64,000 bases of DNA from Candidatus Binatia bacterium. GTDB taxonomy: Bacteria; Desulfobacterota; Binatia; Bin18. Numbering within the stretch: position 1 is the stretch's first letter; each line of letters opens with the position of its first letter. Location of the stretch: the NCBI GenBank assembly GCA_963666315.2, contig CAXXHG010000043.1, positions 544,001-608,000 of the forward strand, read 5' to 3'. The translations under genes and the position numbers were made by a program. Shown here one piece after another: positions 60,386 through 64,000 of the stretch. The notes under the pieces are model-generated. The model worked only from the letters and a program-made list of their open reading frames with translations. It made no database searches and had not been told where the DNA came from.

Positions 60386-60826
60386 ATGCGAAAAAATTTA
60401 CGCCCCAAAGACCTGGGTGATTTTCTAGATCAACCCAAGTGCGCGATCTTGGCCACGCATTTCAAGGATGGCACTATTTTGCTCTCTCCAGTTTGGTACG
60501 AATGGAAGGACGGTGGCTTTACGGTTGCTGTCGTAGCCGACGATGTAAAGGTCCGCCACATTCAGCGTGACGCGCAAGTCAGTATCAGCGTCGCCGAAGA
60601 CGTTGCTCCCTATCGTGGTATCGAAGTGCGTGGGACGGCCAAGATCGTCCGAAACTATGCACTGGAAACAACGCGGCGTATCGCCGTGCGCTATCTTGGT
60701 CCGAAACAGGGCGAGGTGTATTTTGCTGCGGTGGGTCAGGTTGATCTGGCTCTCATTCGGATTGAGCCGGCAAAACTCCGAGTGTGGGACTTTGCTGACG
60801 AAGCGGCGCTGACCGGAGAGGGATAG
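60386..60826 (+). CDS. PPOX/pyridoxamine 5'-phosphate oxidase family (likely F420-dependent) protein
   Basis: AILATHFKDG...SPVWYEW...KVRHIQRDAQVSISV...IEVRGTA...RIAVRYLG. Confidence 0.85.
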   Translation: MRKNLRPKDLGDFLDQPKCAILATHFKDGTILLSPVWYEWKDGGFTVAVVADDVKVRHIQRDAQVSISVAEDVAPYRGIEVRGTAKIVRNYALETTRRIAVRYLGPKQGEVYFAAVGQVDLALIRIEPAKLRVWDFADEAALTGEG

Positions 60827-60907
60827 TATCGAAACGTATCCAGCCTAGACCTTATCCCGAACTGACGTTAACTAAGATTAAGCAGCAGAAAGGAAACTCC
60901 CCTGCAC

Positions 60908-61954
60908 ATGTCTACAATGAAAGTTGCTCGCTTATATGACTCGACCGACATCCGTTTCGAAGACGACCCTATTCCGTCCGTTGGACCTGGAGAAGCGCTG
61001 GTAAAGACTCGCGCCTGCGGTATTTGCTCGGGCGATGTCATGGGCTGGTATATGAAGAAAAAAGCGCCCCTCGTGTTTGGGCATGAGCCGGCCGGTGAGG
61101 TGGTCGAAGTGGGTGAGGGGGTGGATGACTTTCAGCCTGGGGACCGGGTGTTTGTCCATCACCATGCGCCGTGTTTTTCTTGCCGCGCGTGTCAGCGCGG
61201 CGAGTTTGTCCAGTGCCCGACCTGGCGAGCAACGAAGATTGTGCCCGGTGGCATGGCCGAGTATTTTGTGGTGCCAAAAGACAATTTGGCCGGCGATACT
61301 TTACGCCTGCCTAAAGAGATGTCGTTTTCGGATGGCTCTTTGATTGAACCAACTGCATGTACGGTGAAGTCGCTGCGACGGTCGGGATTTCAGGCTGGGG
61401 AGAGTGTGTTCGTGATTGGACTGGGTATTATGGGCCAATTGCATGTGGCGCTAGCGAAACATGCCGGAGCCCGAACGATAATAGGGACGGACTTTGTTCC
61501 CTATCGGTGTGAGAAGGCTGTTGAACTTGGTGCCGATCTAGTCATTAATCCCGGAGATTTGCCGGAAAATAGGAATGTCGAAGCGGCGCTCAAAGAGTAC
61601 ACCAAGGGTGAAATGGCTGAAGTTGTGATTGTCGGACCGGGTTCGATTGAAGCCATGGAGCTGGGTATGCGGTGCGTGGCAAAAGGTGGAACGGTGGTCC
61701 TGTTTACGGCGAGTAAACCTGAGGACAGACTGACTCTCTCTCCGAATGACCTCTATTTTAATGAGATCCGTCTGATTCCTAGCTACTCGTGCGGCCCGAA
61801 CGATACACGTGAGGCCCTGCGACTCATACAAGCAGGCGTTATCACGGCGGAGAAATTCATTACCCATCGTTTTCCGTTTGACAAGCTGCACGACGCGTAC
61901 CGCAATGCAGCCCAGGCCCGCGATTCGCTCAAAACGATTATTGAGTTTTCCTAG
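60908..61954 (+). CDS. Zinc-dependent medium-chain (polyol) dehydrogenase
   Basis: CGICSGD, GHEPAG, CFSCRACQRG...C, IEP, GLGIMG, ITHRF. Confidence 0.9.
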   Translation: MSTMKVARLYDSTDIRFEDDPIPSVGPGEALVKTRACGICSGDVMGWYMKKKAPLVFGHEPAGEVVEVGEGVDDFQPGDRVFVHHHAPCFSCRACQRGEFVQCPTWRATKIVPGGMAEYFVVPKDNLAGDTLRLPKEMSFSDGSLIEPTACTVKSLRRSGFQAGESVFVIGLGIMGQLHVALAKHAGARTIIGTDFVPYRCEKAVELGADLVINPGDLPENRNVEAALKEYTKGEMAEVVIVGPGSIEAMELGMRCVAKGGTVVLFTASKPEDRLTLSPNDLYFNEIRLIPSYSCGPNDTREALRLIQAGVITAEKFITHRFPFDKLHDAYRNAAQARDSLKTIIEFS

Positions 61955-61961
61955 GAAAACC

Positions 61962-62441
61962 ATGGCTACATCTAATAAAGCTCGCAAAACTCGCCTTTGC
62001 CGCTTTCAATGTGACTCGCAGACCTACGCCTGGTCAGACGTCGAACGCGAGGCGTATAAACAGGGTCAGGACGAAGGGCGGGAGTGGAAGAATATTGTTC
62101 GCCAGGTCCTTATCGGCAAACGGGCGGAAGAGACGCACTTTCATGTGCGCTATTTCGAAATTGCCCCAGGCGGCTACTCCAGCCTGGAAAAGCATGGCCA
62201 TGCGCACGTCGTGATTGCCGTGCGTGGCCAGGGTAGAGCCGTGCTCGGCGATCGAGCCCAGGACATGCAGTCGCTTGATACTGTCTACGTCGCGCCGTGG
62301 ACGCCGCACCAATTTCTTGCCGTGGGCGACGAGCCGTTCGGTTTCTTCTGTATTGTTGACGCGAACCGGGACCGCCCGCTGCCAGTCTCGCCAGATGAAT
62401 ATGATCAGGCGCTCGGCGCGGGGGCAGCTCCCGGAAAATGA
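61962..62441 (+). CDS. Cupin domain protein
   Basis: RQVL...RYFEIAPGGYSSLEKHGHAHVV...PWTPHQF...GFFCIVDANRDRP. Confidence 0.85.
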   Translation: MATSNKARKTRLCRFQCDSQTYAWSDVEREAYKQGQDEGREWKNIVRQVLIGKRAEETHFHVRYFEIAPGGYSSLEKHGHAHVVIAVRGQGRAVLGDRAQDMQSLDTVYVAPWTPHQFLAVGDEPFGFFCIVDANRDRPLPVSPDEYDQALGAGAAPGK

Positions 62442-62539
62442 TCCATTACTTCCCGCTTCTTCAATTGCTGATGAGTCGAGACACGCCTCTTCCTGCCACG
62501 ACATCAAAATGAGTACGAGAGGCGAAGGTGTTCGACTGT

Positions 62540-63200
62540 ATGGATTGAGTCAGGTTTTCAAATCCCATCCTCATTGTTGAGGATGATCAGAAGACCGCCG
62601 CACTCGTTGCGCTGTATCTGGAACGAGAAGGATTTTTGACTGTCCATGCCGCTGATGGCCAGCAGGCGTTGGATTTCACGGAAAAGCATGACCCGATGTT
62701 TGTCGTGCTTGATCTGATGTTGCCGAAAGTCGATGGCTGGGAGATCTGCCAGCGCATTAGACAACGCTCAGACGTACCTATCCTCATCCTAACGGCTAGA
62801 GAAGAAGAGATGGATCGGGTCCACGGCTTGTCGATAGGCGCGGATGACTATGTCGTCAAACCGTTTAGTCTCTGAGAACTGGTTGCGCGGGTAAAGGCCA
62901 TTATCCGTCGGACACATCCTGAAGCCATACGGCCGAAAGCCATACTTTCTTTGCATGGCCTGGTGTTAGATCAGGAAAAATACCGGGTCACTGTTCAGAA
63001 CGTAGCCGTATCACTGACACCGCTGGAGTTCAAACTGCTCCAGGCGTTGATGACCTCGCCCGGGCGCGTGTTATCGCGGGGTGAATTGTTGCAATTTCTC
63101 TACCTGGGTGGAGAAGCGGTGATTGATCGGGTCATTGACGTCCACATTGGAAAACTCAGACAAAAGATAGAGCCTGATCCATCCACCCCCTTCTTTATCT
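62540..63200 (+). pseudogene. OmpR-family response regulator, disrupted
   Basis: ILIVEDD, LDLMLP, ILTA, GADDYVVKPFSL-TGA-ELVARV, LTPLEF, RVIDVHIGKLR; stops at 62546 and 62873; 3' end deleted. Confidence 0.85.
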
Positions 63201-64000
63201 TGATAGCCATCGACTAGCTGGCCGCTGACTATTTCATGGTCTTAATGAAGAATTATGGTATCGATCCCACCGACTCGCACGGGATGTTTGTTGAGTCGAT
63301 TCACACCTATCTCATTTGGGCGAGTCTTGCCGCAGTGGGACTTGGCGTGGTCTTAAGCTATGTCCTGACACGCCGGGTGCTGACCTCACTTTTCCAGATG
63401 GCGGAGAGTGCCAAATAAATTGCCGCCGGGAATTATATTGTGACGGTGCCGGTCCTGACAAAAGATGAAATTGGTCAGCTTGCGGAAACGTTTAATACTA
63501 TGGCTACCCGCCTCCAGAGTATTGAGCAACGGCGCAAGACCTTGGTCATCAATGTGGCGCATGACTTGCGTACGCCGCTGACGAATATTCGGGGCTATCT
63601 GGAAGCGCTGAGTGACGGCGTGGCGCCGCCTTCCAAAGGGACCTTTGACTTGCTGCAGGAGGAGACCATGCGGCTGGTTCATCTGGTTGAAGAGGTGCTG
63701 CAACTCGCTCGGGCCGATGCTGCGCGGACCACTTTGCAAACCGAGTGGTGCAATGTCAATGGCTTGATTACGCCGATCCTCGATCTCTTTCAGTCGCGCT
63801 TTCGCGAAAAGGGAATTCAGGTGAAAATGGCCTTTGCTCCCGAGATTCATGAGGTCACGGCTCACCCGGATAAGCTGACCCAGGTGGTACACAACCTCCT
63901 ACACAACGCGTGGCAATATACCCGGCATGGGGGCAGACTGGAGATTCGAACGGAGTCCGATAGCGAACAGGTACGCTTTGTCTTCGCCAACACAGGCGAG
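63201..64000 (+). pseudogene. HAMP-HisKA sensor kinase (BaeS-like), disrupted, runs off window
   Basis: Same frame as the regulator; stops at 63215 and 63416; DEIGQLAETFN, NVAHDLRTPLTNIRGYLE, QVVHNLLHNAWQY. Confidence 0.85.

Noticed and set aside
57522-62875. In-frame TGA at 57522, 62546 and 62873 as selenocysteine
   Set aside because: These are not Cys/redox columns (62873 is the conserved Arg of KPFSxRELV); the genes have other lesions and no SECIS was seen.
15373-63217. TAG reassignment (genetic code 15) or pyrrolysine as the explanation for in-frame ambers
   Set aside because: Many intact genes end in TAG at the expected length (4813, 8835, 13234, 17909, 51087). The ambers fall at columns expecting different residues (W, E/Q, Y), and several affected loci also carry frameshifts or deletions.

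Overview
A ~57% GC (by eye) bacterial chromosomal window. Several luciferase-like/F420 oxidoreductases, UGA-selenoproteins and a 'WFxEGFDTxDLQE' TPR remnant resemble Candidatus Binatia (inference). From left to right it contains: a D-aminoacylase; a decayed GAF-GspE/PilB ATPase; a MatB-like ligase, an FAH hydrolase and a Tat-exported PaoABC-like molybdoenzyme with a small coupled Cys-rich fourth gene; murJ and uup. Next is a SAM-I-riboswitch-led sulfur operon (MoeB, ThrC-like, ubiquitin-like MoaD/CysO, CysM, NIL, second ThiF, cysD, cysNC), whose two E1-like genes are complementary half-enzymes suggestive of a eukaryote-style heterodimeric E1. Then come bamD with an acidic tail, a di-heme protein and a toxin-antitoxin graveyard. 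A ~21 kb sphingolipid locus follows: Spt, bCerS and CerR plus Caulobacter CpgABCD-like ceramide-phosphoglycerate genes, extended by a tailoring arm (second CDP-alcohol transferase, GT-MTase-ELM1 fusion, gpmA, AsnB amidotransferase, 2OG oxygenase) and an Svf1/AttH-like protein. The window ends with two neighbouring selenoprotein genes split by the ORF track, a decayed YfiR/histidine-kinase/outer-membrane module, a Zn-dehydrogenase plus cupin pair and a decayed two-component system. Nonsense mutations, internal deletions and short tandem duplications are frequent, indicating ongoing genome erosion. No rRNA, tRNA or CRISPR array was seen. All family calls come from motif recognition; no database search was run.
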